Positions 54,368 to 63,392 of a DNA stretch of 64,000 bases are shown here, piece after piece. The notes under the pieces are model-generated. The model was not told the DNA's origin and made no database searches. It worked only from the letters and a program-made list of their open reading frames with translations. Where the stretch lies: assembly GCA_963718615.1 (NCBI GenBank), contig OY970368.1, positions 5,824,001 through 5,888,000 on the forward strand. The letters run 5' to 3'. The position numbers were made by a program, and so were the translations under genes. Numbering within the stretch: position 1 is the stretch's first letter; each line of letters begins with the position of its first letter. The stretch is from an uncultured cyanobacterium (GTDB lineage Bacteria > Cyanobacteriota > Cyanobacteriia > PCC-9006 > JAAUQQ01).

Positions 54368-54459
54368 CCTCTGAATCGATCGTCCGATAACTATCTGATG
54401 TCTAGGGCTATGTCAATGGCATGGCCCTCTGAAAGTTTGGTCTGAGTGGCCCCCATAGA

Positions 54460-54921
54460 CTAGGACTCACAAGCTGCGATCATGATGCTGCTCGATTTGA
54501 TCACTGCAAATACTTCTTTCCCTTGAATAAGTCCTAATTTATCAGCAGATGTCCGAGTGACAATGGCAACTAGCTCGACACCGGGGGCGATCGCCAGGAT
54601 GACTTCCACATTGACTCTATCTTTCATAATTCGCTTAACTTTTGCGCGCAACAGATTACGAGCACTCAGTTGTACAGATGCCAATGTCGCGATGGGCATT
54701 GATTTTAGCGTCTCCTCGTTCAGGATTTCCTGACTTGAAGATTCAATATCTGTATCTATAATGTCATGAGTTTGAAGGAGGGCCTGTTGTCCCATATTTC
54801 GAATCATTTCTCTTAATATGTCGGTCTTAGTGCGCTGGGTTTGTTTACAAAGCTTTTCCAAAATTCGCCGTTCTTCCCCCGAGGATTGAAACGTAATCCA
54901 GCCTTGCTCTTTTCTTGGCAT
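54460..54921 (-). CDS. RHH (CopG-like) plus TOBE/Mop molybdate-binding protein
   Basis: N-terminal ITFQ.S.EE..IL...RTKTDILRE (ribbon-helix-helix-like); C-terminal LSARN...AIVT..S...LGL..GK.V.AVIKSS (TOBE). Confidence 0.88.
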   Translation of the reverse strand: MPRKEQGWITFQSSGEERRILEKLCKQTQRTKTDILREMIRNMGQQALLQTHDIIDTDIESSSQEILNEETLKSMPIATLASVQLSARNLLRAKVKRIMKDRVNVEVILAIAPGVELVAIVTRTSADKLGLIQGKEVFAVIKSSSIMIAACES

Positions 54922-55058
54922 CACAGAATACAGAAATTTTGATAGACCCTTGCTAAAGTAACCGGCCAAGTTTGAGTTTAGCCATCAACTCATGCAAGTA
55001 TTAATGATAGCAAATGATGCTCTTAGATCATTCTGGTCCAAGAGCATCTTGTGAACAA

Positions 55059-55931
55059 TCAAAGTGAATAGGAGCGAATCTTCTTGTTCAATGTAGTTTG
55101 ACTCCGTTGAAATACAATCCGTTTGTGAATAGTTTGAAGAAATTTTTGTTTGATAAAAATAGATTGAAGGAGTATTTCGATCTCGCTTTTTTCTAACGTG
55201 TTATTATATTTTATATAGGCTGGTTCAATGCGAATAAACTGATTGAATCTATTAGTAACTGTGCCGATACGGGCTTGCTCGCCATTGGTAAGGACTAGAA
55301 ATTCATTAAATGAGAAAAAGTGAGGAAGATGAGCTTGATAGTTCGTGAGCTGTAGGTAAGCAGCACGTAATGACCAAGCTTCAGGACCAATATGTAGTCC
55401 ATGGAAAATAGTGAGGGGTAACCCATTGATAAATACCACTAGGTCTAAGCAGTGTTGATGCTCTCCATCAATTACTGGAAAGCCATGGATGACAAGCCAG
55501 TCATTGTTGTAGGGATTTGAAAAATCGATAAATTGTAAAGACTTTGCCCTCTGTAAGCTGGAGACCCTAGATTTAACCGGAATACCCTCTAATAACCCCA
55601 AATGCCATAGACGATTGTGTTGCACTAGAGGAATGCTACAATCCCTCGTAAGTTTTTGCAGAACTGCCTCAATGTCTGAGACCGAACAACTAGGATTGAT
55701 GCGTTGAATCGCAAGACGAAAGCGATCGCCCAAGACTCCCCTTCGACAACTTTGTAATATGGTTTGGTGTTGTCCAGAGACAATATCAGTCTGAAGCAAA
55801 ACTGCATAACCCAGCTTCTCAAAATGGGTCAGCATTCGATCTGTTGTGGGTGCAATCGATGGAGGGCTATAGGACCATAGGGAAACGGAGTCGTTCGGTC
55901 CGGTGACTGTTTGATTGAGGGTTCTATTCAT
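55059..55931 (-). CDS. Stand-alone type I restriction HsdR N-terminal-like domain, probably nuclease-dead
   Basis: IDFSNPYNNDWLV, LDLVVFINGLPL, AYLQLTNY, ARIGT; no helicase domain. Confidence 0.75.
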   Translation of the reverse strand: MNRTLNQTVTGPNDSVSLWSYSPPSIAPTTDRMLTHFEKLGYAVLLQTDIVSGQHQTILQSCRRGVLGDRFRLAIQRINPSCSVSDIEAVLQKLTRDCSIPLVQHNRLWHLGLLEGIPVKSRVSSLQRAKSLQFIDFSNPYNNDWLVIHGFPVIDGEHQHCLDLVVFINGLPLTIFHGLHIGPEAWSLRAAYLQLTNYQAHLPHFFSFNEFLVLTNGEQARIGTVTNRFNQFIRIEPAYIKYNNTLEKSEIEILLQSIFIKQKFLQTIHKRIVFQRSQTTLNKKIRSYSL

Positions 55932-56462
55932 GAACGTAAGAGGGTGTGAGTAGGAAGACGTCAGTCAGGATGATGATCGTCGAGATGCTGCCTTTGCCAA
56001 CTACATTTACCAACTATATTGGTATCACACCCTTCGGGGAGGTAGTCTTAAATCAACCACTGATTAGTTAATTAGCAATGTACTGATTGCTTGTAGCCCA
56101 TGCCCAGTGGTGCATTGAAATTTCTTTAAAGGTGACGTATACGTATTTTGGGGTTGGGGCGCTAGTATTTTCTCGTTGAGAGAGGAGATCCGCTAGCCGT
56201 CGTTTCCGCTAGCCGTCGTTACGGTGCCGTTGCTTGATACCACAGCACAGCGATGAAGGGGCGAGACCTGTGAAAGCTATCAGGACAAAAGCCTAGGAAT
56301 TACTGATTTTAGGTATGAATTCTCTATAGGAACATGGCAATGCCATGCTCCTACATTGGCGATCGCAACCAGCACATGCATTCTTTAGTTCAACAAAACC
56401 AGGTTGAGAAACAACGGTAAGCCATGGCCCAGATTGCCGACAACCCTGACTTTGGCTATTGT

Positions 56463-58481
56463 CTAAATCCGCTGCAGACTTCCCGGCTTGGGTTCGGTTG
56501 GGCTATTGGCTAGCAAGATTTCCCGAATTAGACGGGCTGCGGTCTTTTGGGCCAGATTTCCCGCCACCTGTTGCCCCATGGTTTGTAGCTCCGGCTTGGA
56601 GAGCAAGCGGGGAATGAGGGGCAGGACCTTGAAGAGGTCAAAGCCTTGGGTTTCCCGTAAAATGCCCAGGATTCGCTGGAACCGCTCTAGGCTCTCGGCC
56701 TGTTCCAGCGGCAGGGGTGAGACTTCTTGCGGATGACTTTCGGGTTTGCTGCCCGTGGTGAATTCCCGCAGGCGATCCTGCGGCGTTTGGCGTAGCCAAT
56801 CGCGCAGGCTCAAAAAGCCTGAAGTCATTTGCTGAAGCGTGTTGCGGCCTAGGGCGTCAAGACCATTGACGATTTCGTCGACGAGGCGATCGCGAATAAA
56901 TTCCCCCCGTTCCGAAAACAGAAAATCAATGGTTTGATCCAAGACATTTTCAATGTCATAGTCATCACTATCCCGCGCATTGCTGAGCAAATTTTCCAGA
57001 CGATTCCAGCGGAACGAGCCGTCTTTGAACAGCAGGTCTCGCAGCGAGGCCCGCAGCGCTGGCGCAGGATCCGTCAACAATCGTTTGGAAATATAGGGAT
57101 AGGCTTTGCTCAGGACTTTGAACTCGGGATCCACATTGATGGCAATGCCTTCGAGGGTGACGAGGGAACGAATAATCAGTGCGTAGTAGGCCGGAACCCG
57201 GAAAGGATATTCGTACATCAGCTCCGAAAGCTGATCGGTCATGCTCTTAAAATTCAGCTCGGCGACGCTGCTGCCAAGGGCGTTGTTAAACACCGAGGCC
57301 AAGGCCGGAATAATCGGTTGCAGGTCGGTGTCGGGGGTCAAAAAGTCGAGCTTGACGTAGTCCTGGGCCAACATATCAAAGTCGCGATTGACCAGGTGAA
57401 CCACTGCCTCGATCAGGCCATAGCGCTGGTAGGGCTTGATCTCGCTCATCATGCCAAAGTCGAGATAGGCCAAACGACCATCGGGCATGGCTAACAAATT
57501 ACCAGGGTGAGGATCCGCATGGAAGAAGCCATGTTCGAGCAACTGCCGCAGGGAACACTGCACCCCCACTTCGATCAGCTTGGTGGGGTCATTGCCCTGG
57601 GCTTCGATCTGGGCCATTTGGGTGAGCTTGAGCCCGGTGATCCATTCCATCGTCAGGACCCGTCGTCCGCTGTAGTCCCAGTAAATCTTAGGAACATAAA
57701 TATCCTTGAGATGGCCGTAGAGGTTGGCAAAGCGCTCGGCGTTGCGGCCTTCTTGCTGGTAGTCCATCTCGTCGAAGATGCGATCGCCAAACTCATCCAT
57801 GATCGCCACTAGATCACTCTTGATCCGCGATCCCAGACGATTCATCGCCCACACCGCCAGCCCCCGTAGGATATAAATATCCAGCGTAATCTTCTCCGCC
57901 AGCCCCGGTCGCTGCACCTTCACCGCCACGTCTTCGCCCGTCTTGAGCCGACCCCGATAGACTTGGCCCAGGGAAGCCGCTGACACCGGAGAAGGCGTCA
58001 ATTCCGCATAGATTTCATGGGGAGGGGCTCCCAATTCTTCTTCGATAAACTGAAAGGCAATTTCATTGGGAAAGGCCGGCAGCTGATCCTGGAGCCGGGT
58101 CATCTCTTCTAGGTACACCGGCGGCAACAGGTCGGGTCGGGTTGATAACGCTTGGCCAATTTTGATGAAAGCCGGTCCCAATTCGGTCAAAATATCCCGC
58201 AACCGCACCGCTCGCTTGTGCTCATTGCGTTTTACCTGCCCGGTTTGCTTGTCCAAAAATAAACTGAGTACAAACGTCAAAATCGGCCATAGCACCCCAA
58301 GACAGCGGAATAGGACCTGGGTGGGACGATCTTTGTAATGGTTGGCGATCGCCTCCGGGTCATACCGCCGCAACATCGCATCCTCACCGGTCAAAACGGG
58401 GACCTCGGCGATCGGCTGACTCGGGACAGTGACCACCGACAAGCGGGGCGAAACATCAACAGGAGCATTGGCAACGGTCAT
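56463..58481 (-). CDS. ABC1/UbiB (AarF) atypical kinase
   Basis: LGPAFIKIGQ, AASLGQVY, VAVKVQRP, FFHADPHPGN, LDFGM. Confidence 0.95.
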   Translation of the reverse strand: MTVANAPVDVSPRLSVVTVPSQPIAEVPVLTGEDAMLRRYDPEAIANHYKDRPTQVLFRCLGVLWPILTFVLSLFLDKQTGQVKRNEHKRAVRLRDILTELGPAFIKIGQALSTRPDLLPPVYLEEMTRLQDQLPAFPNEIAFQFIEEELGAPPHEIYAELTPSPVSAASLGQVYRGRLKTGEDVAVKVQRPGLAEKITLDIYILRGLAVWAMNRLGSRIKSDLVAIMDEFGDRIFDEMDYQQEGRNAERFANLYGHLKDIYVPKIYWDYSGRRVLTMEWITGLKLTQMAQIEAQGNDPTKLIEVGVQCSLRQLLEHGFFHADPHPGNLLAMPDGRLAYLDFGMMSEIKPYQRYGLIEAVVHLVNRDFDMLAQDYVKLDFLTPDTDLQPIIPALASVFNNALGSSVAELNFKSMTDQLSELMYEYPFRVPAYYALIIRSLVTLEGIAINVDPEFKVLSKAYPYISKRLLTDPAPALRASLRDLLFKDGSFRWNRLENLLSNARDSDDYDIENVLDQTIDFLFSERGEFIRDRLVDEIVNGLDALGRNTLQQMTSGFLSLRDWLRQTPQDRLREFTTGSKPESHPQEVSPLPLEQAESLERFQRILGILRETQGFDLFKVLPLIPRLLSKPELQTMGQQVAGNLAQKTAARLIREILLANSPTEPKPGSLQRI

Positions 58482-58659
58482 AGGACGGCGTGACGGGATG
58501 GGTGGATAGCTTAAAACATTGTAACAATCTAGCTGAGATTGCCCGGTCGGTCAGGAGGAGGAAGATCGTTCCGGTGAGAACCTGGCAAAATGACGTAAGG
58601 TTCTTGAGTGCGAATGTTCCACTTCGCTGCGGTGCTGCCATCGCTATGCTGGCCTTGCT

Positions 58660-60450
58660 ATGTTGCAATCCCTGGTTATTCAAAATTTTGCGCTGGTCGA
58701 TCGCCTGGACCTCCAACTGGGTGAAGGTTTGCATGTGTTGACCGGCGAGACGGGTGCAGGTAAATCGATTATTTTAGATGCCCTGGATGCGGTGCTGGGG
58801 GGACGGGTGCCGGGGCGGGTGGTCCGCACGGGGGAGACTCGGGCCACGCTAGAAGCGACGTTTAAGCTTCTGCCTACGCTCCAAATCTGGCTTCAGGAAC
58901 AGGACATTGATCCCCTGGAGGGCGAACAGCTCGTTTGTAGCCGAGAGATTGTTGCCTACGAGAATGGGGTCCGCAGTCGATCGCGCGTCAATGGCGTTTT
59001 GGTCAATAAACAGCAGATGGAGAGTCTGCGGGAACGCCTGGTGGAGATCACGGCCCAGGGGCAAACGGTGCAACTCGGTCAAGCGGCTCGACAGCGGGAC
59101 TGGCTCGATAGCTTTGGCGGGGAAGCGGTCCTGGCCCAACGGCAGCGGGTCGCCACGGACTATGGTCAGTATCAAACCGCCCGCAAACGTCTAGAACAAC
59201 GCCGCAAGGCGGAAGGACAACGGTTGCAGCAATTGGATATGTATCGCTTCCAGGCGAAGGAGCTGGCGGAGGCGAACCTTGAAAATCCCGACGAACTGGA
59301 CCAGCTCCAGCAGGAACACCAGCGGCTTGGCCATGCGGTGGAATTGCAGCAGCAAAGTTTCCAGATTTACAGCCTGCTCTATGAGAATGATGGCGATCGC
59401 AACGGCAGAGGCGGCACCGCCTGCGCTGACCGACTAGGCCAAGCGGAAGCGATTCTTCAGGATATGTTGCCCTATGATTCCAGTCTGCAAAGTCTGCTGG
59501 ACTTGGTGAACGAAGCCATTACCCAGGTTCAAGAAGCAGGACTCCAGATCAACAGCTATGGCAGCGGTTTGGAAACGGATCCGGAACGCCTCGAAGAAAT
59601 CGATGAACGGATTCGGGAACTCAAGCAAATTTGCCGTAAGTATGGACCCAGCTTGGGGGATGCGATCGCCTATTTTGAAAAAATCAATGCCGAACTGGCT
59701 AGCTTTGACGACGAGAGCCAAAGCCTCGAAGCCCTCGAAGCTGCTGCCCAAGTCGCCGAAACCCAGCTCAAAAAATCCTGCGGGCAGTTGCGATCGCTCC
59801 GCCAAACCGCCGCTCAAGCCCTGGAAACACGGTTGCTGGTCGAACTCAAACCCTTGGCGATGGAAAAGGTTAAGTTCCAAGTGCAACTGACGCCGATTAC
59901 TCCCACGGCCAGCGGAGCCGACGGCATTTGTTTTCTCCTCAGCCCTAATCCTGGCGAACCCCTGCAACCCCTGAGCGAAACGGCCTCCGGTGGGGAAATG
60001 AGCCGGTTTTTGCTGGCGCTCAAATCCTGTTTTTCCCAAATTGATCCGGTGGGTACGCTGGTGTTTGATGAAATTGATACGGGGGTTTCCGGGCGGGTGT
60101 CCCAGGCGATCGCCGACAAACTACGCCAACTGGGCGAACGGCATCAGGTGCTCTGCGTGACCCATCAACCGCTCATTGCGGCTGTGGCAAATTTACATTT
60201 TCGGGTGCAGAAGGAGGTGTTGGATAGCGATCGCACGGTCATCCGCGTCATTCCGCTGATTGAACGGGATCAGCGGCGGCAGGAGTTGGCGGAGCTGGCG
60301 GGGGGGAAATCGGCTCAGGAGGCGATCGCTTTTGCGGAGTCGTTGCTCAACCAGGCGCTGGATCCAGCGCTGAACACAGTTGCTGATCCATCTTCTCTGG
60401 TTTCTCCTGCTCCTAAGCGCGATCGGCGTCAGCGTCGTGCTCCGGCCTAG
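58660..60450 (+). CDS. recN: DNA repair protein RecN
   Basis: TGETGAGKS, ASGGEMSR, FDEIDTGVSG, CVTHQP. Confidence 0.97.
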   Translation: MLQSLVIQNFALVDRLDLQLGEGLHVLTGETGAGKSIILDALDAVLGGRVPGRVVRTGETRATLEATFKLLPTLQIWLQEQDIDPLEGEQLVCSREIVAYENGVRSRSRVNGVLVNKQQMESLRERLVEITAQGQTVQLGQAARQRDWLDSFGGEAVLAQRQRVATDYGQYQTARKRLEQRRKAEGQRLQQLDMYRFQAKELAEANLENPDELDQLQQEHQRLGHAVELQQQSFQIYSLLYENDGDRNGRGGTACADRLGQAEAILQDMLPYDSSLQSLLDLVNEAITQVQEAGLQINSYGSGLETDPERLEEIDERIRELKQICRKYGPSLGDAIAYFEKINAELASFDDESQSLEALEAAAQVAETQLKKSCGQLRSLRQTAAQALETRLLVELKPLAMEKVKFQVQLTPITPTASGADGICFLLSPNPGEPLQPLSETASGGEMSRFLLALKSCFSQIDPVGTLVFDEIDTGVSGRVSQAIADKLRQLGERHQVLCVTHQPLIAAVANLHFRVQKEVLDSDRTVIRVIPLIERDQRRQELAELAGGKSAQEAIAFAESLLNQALDPALNTVADPSSLVSPAPKRDRRQRRAPA

Positions 60451-60486
60451 TGGGCAAGTCCACGATGATGAGATCCATCGCAATTC

Positions 60487-60592
60487 GTAGGTTGGGTTGA
60501 GCCTTGCGAAACCCAACAGGGCCAAGGCGTTGGGTTTTTGCCTCAACCCAACAGGGCCGAGGCGTTGGGTTTCGTGCCTCAACCCAACCTAC
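60487..60592. repeat. GTAG-type REP cluster with an internal duplication
   Basis: GTAGGTTGGGTTGAG...CTCAACCCAACCTAC ends; AACCCAACAGGGCC(A/G)AGGCGTTGGGTTT occurs twice. Confidence 0.88.
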
Positions 60593-60681
60593 GCAACTGG
60601 TACCCGATAATGAATTCTTGAAAACCTCATTCCTTCGTTGTTAGGAACTTGAAAATAAAAATTTAAGAACGGCTGAAGTGC

Positions 60682-62712
60682 TTATCTGCTACAGTCTACA
60701 AGTCTTGACGCGACAGAAGACAACGGAAACGGAATCCACGCCACCGCACCAAGCCTCCACACAAAACGAACGACGACAACAAAAGGGAGGTGGCCTCTCG
60801 GTGCATTCAAGTCAAAATTCAGTTGTGAATATGACAACCAGTCACCCCCCTCCATTTTCGACCGCCAACCGACCTGAACGCCAAACTTTTCCCAATCCTT
60901 ATTATATTCGGTTGGGCTACCGCAGCTTTCCCAGATTTTCTTTTGCACCGTAAAGCCAAACCTACCCTGACTATACGTCACCCACAGGCGATCAATATTA
61001 CCTAGGTCCAAGCAGGGGAATTTCTGGATGTCTTCTACTCGCAGCCAACCTTTCTTCTGCCGATTCATCACTTCACACATCCGGTCAGCGGTTTCTTTGT
61101 CAGCCGCTTTCCAGTCCTTGGCCGCGAGCAAGTCGCGCAGTTTGACATAGTAGTTCGCCCCAAACCGTGCTGAACTGAGGTCGTCGGTGTCAAGCTGGGG
61201 TTGCTTCGCAGCGGCTTGTTTTTGTCGTTCTGCTTCGGCTTGTTTCTGTCGCTCCGCCTCCCGTTGCCGTTGGGCTTCCGCTTCCCGTCGTTTATGCTCC
61301 GCTACAGCCTGTTCTCGCTGCTTTTGTTCTTGCTGTCGTCGTTCTTGCTGCTGCTTATATTTCACCTCCTTTGGCGCTAACAACGGTTGTTCAATTTGGG
61401 CTACGACTTCATCGCTTAAGCCCAGAGATGCCTGAAACTGTTGCAAGCCCTGCCGCACAAAGTCATCCAGTGGATAGCCTGCTGCTAGCGCGCGCTCGAA
61501 TTCTTTCCCGTAGCGCTGTCTTTTTTTATGATCCTGCTCGTGCCGCTGTTGTGCTTCTGCTTCCTGGCGCTGGCGGTCGGCTTCTGCCTGCTGCTGGGCT
61601 TGGGCCTGCTGCTGGCGCTCTAGCTCAGCCACATATCCCGCCAAATCATAGCCATCCAACACCGCCCACTCGATCTGGGCCACATCCTCCGGCTTCAGCC
61701 GCAGGTGGGCGCGATAGTCTTTCAGATCATCCAGCGTGCGCGAACCCAAGGGCGATTCCTGCGCCAAGCACTGACGGAACGTCTCCTCGTAGTCCTGCCG
61801 CTTGCGCTGATACTCCCGATAGGGCTTCAGCACCTCCGCTTCAATCGCCTCCGCCTCCGCCTCAGCAATCTGTAGCTCCACCCGCAGCCCCATCAACAAT
61901 CGCTGCGCCGGAATCGTAAACACGCCTGCTGTCGCTCGACGCTCGACTTCCTTGCGATACTTCAACCTCGGGTCATCCTGGGGAGACCGGGCCAACCGAA
62001 TCTGATACCCTTCCCCCTTGAGATGAATAATGTCAGGACTCATCACCGGCGAAGTCTCCCGGACCTTGCGCCCCGCATAGCGGTGCAGCTCATCCACCGT
62101 GATCACCCCATCCCCATCGGCATCAGCGGCTCCGCTGGCAATCCCCTCCACCAGGTAGCGGGTGTAGATCGACAACTCCGCGCCCTTTTCTTCAAAGGAA
62201 TAATCCACCGCACTGGTCGAAGTCAGCACCACCCGCCCCTCGGCCCCGAGCTGCTCCTTCAGATCAATTGCGCCATCATCCCGCGCCACCAGCTCCCCAA
62301 AGGCCCCGCTAAAGCAGCAGTCGAGAATCAGCACCTGATATTTAGCCTTGCAACCGCGAATGCAGTCATGCAGAAACCGAGCCGGGGTGGCCGTGGAGCG
62401 GATTAGACCATGGCGCTGTTTTTCCGTATTCGCAGCGGCAAAATAGAGATCGCGGCGATCGTCCTTCACCCCATGCCCCGAAAAGAACAACAGCACCAAA
62501 TCCTCCGGCTGCCGATCCTGAAACCACAGCTCAATCTCCCGCGCCATCTCCGGCTGGGTCGGGTTAACCACAGGTTTCGCTTCATCAAAGCCCCCCATCT
62601 GCGGATTCAGCAACACCTCCCGCAACGCCGCCACATCCCGAGACGCAGCCGGTAACGGTTGCAACCCCTCGCCATAGGTATCAACGCCGATTAAGAGTGC
62701 ATACTTTCCCAT
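60682..62712 (-). CDS. Caspase-family (peptidase C14) protein with helical repeats, coiled coil and C-terminal GUN4 domain
   Basis: ALLIG, FSGHG and LDCCFSG catalytic dyad; GUN4 motifs LRDLLAAKDWKAADKET, IDRLW..YSQGRFGF.VQ, APRGHLP. Confidence 0.92.
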   Translation of the reverse strand: MGKYALLIGVDTYGEGLQPLPAASRDVAALREVLLNPQMGGFDEAKPVVNPTQPEMAREIELWFQDRQPEDLVLLFFSGHGVKDDRRDLYFAAANTEKQRHGLIRSTATPARFLHDCIRGCKAKYQVLILDCCFSGAFGELVARDDGAIDLKEQLGAEGRVVLTSTSAVDYSFEEKGAELSIYTRYLVEGIASGAADADGDGVITVDELHRYAGRKVRETSPVMSPDIIHLKGEGYQIRLARSPQDDPRLKYRKEVERRATAGVFTIPAQRLLMGLRVELQIAEAEAEAIEAEVLKPYREYQRKRQDYEETFRQCLAQESPLGSRTLDDLKDYRAHLRLKPEDVAQIEWAVLDGYDLAGYVAELERQQQAQAQQQAEADRQRQEAEAQQRHEQDHKKRQRYGKEFERALAAGYPLDDFVRQGLQQFQASLGLSDEVVAQIEQPLLAPKEVKYKQQQERRQQEQKQREQAVAEHKRREAEAQRQREAERQKQAEAERQKQAAAKQPQLDTDDLSSARFGANYYVKLRDLLAAKDWKAADKETADRMCEVMNRQKKGWLRVEDIQKFPCLDLGNIDRLWVTYSQGRFGFTVQKKIWESCGSPTEYNKDWEKFGVQVGWRSKMEGGDWLSYSQLNFDLNAPRGHLPFVVVVRFVWRLGAVAWIPFPLSSVASRLVDCSR

Positions 62713-62768
62713 GGAACTGGTTTCAAAGGCTACGGCTGCGGGTCAGGGTGAGTTTGCTCAGACCAAGC

Positions 62769-63200
62769 CTACTCAGGCTTGTTTGGTCCAGACGGGTTTT
62801 GCTGCTCCCGTATCTTAACCCGCAAGTTTGCCAGCCGCTCAATCGTGTCCGCCGCCTGATCCAACTCCTGTTTGTTGCGATACTCGATGTTGTAGGTCAT
62901 GCCATCCATTTCGCCCGACAGCGTTAGAGTCTTGCCATACCGCAAATTTCCCAGGTAATCCATCAGCTTCCCCAGATTCTTGCGGTTAATCTCTGTGGTC
63001 AGCACTCCCATTAAAAACGCTGCCGCCCCAGATTTAGCAGCCTCCGGGATATCCTCCTCACGGGCCAGACGAGCAGATTGTACCCAGTCGCCAGACTCCA
63101 GTTCGTCGGCGATCGTTAACAAAAAACTTTCTAACTCAACCCGATCAAGGTCAAGACCAGCTTCGCTAAAGTCGATTAAGACAGCAGACGCTTCAGGCAT
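62769..63200 (-). CDS. Small protein upstream of the caspase, EACC1-like
   Basis: Acidic helix, PEAAKSG followed by a hydrophobic segment, beta-rich C-terminus; directly upstream of a caspase gene. Confidence 0.65.
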   Translation of the reverse strand: MPEASAVLIDFSEAGLDLDRVELESFLLTIADELESGDWVQSARLAREEDIPEAAKSGAAAFLMGVLTTEINRKNLGKLMDYLGNLRYGKTLTLSGEMDGMTYNIEYRNKQELDQAADTIERLANLRVKIREQQNPSGPNKPE

Positions 63201-63392
63201 GGTGGCTCATCCGTAGACTAAGGCTCCGCCCATCATAATGATTCAGACAGAGGACGTCCAGGCTAGGACTGCACGTCGCTTCGTGCCTGCTTAGGGGCCA
63301 TCTCACACTGATACTCAACCCCTGCTGCGATCGACTCTTTCCTTACTTCGTTGTCGAGCATCTCGATATTTACGATTGCTCCCTATTGCTCC

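Noticed and set aside
55059-55931. Functional type I restriction-modification system
   Set aside because: No helicase domain, catalytic E-x-K missing, and no hsdM or hsdS nearby.
55938-55957. Yfr1-like sRNA motif (CCTACTCACAC on the minus strand)
   Set aside because: It mismatches ACTCCTCACAC, has no flanking hairpins and lies in the translation-initiation region of the HsdR-N gene.
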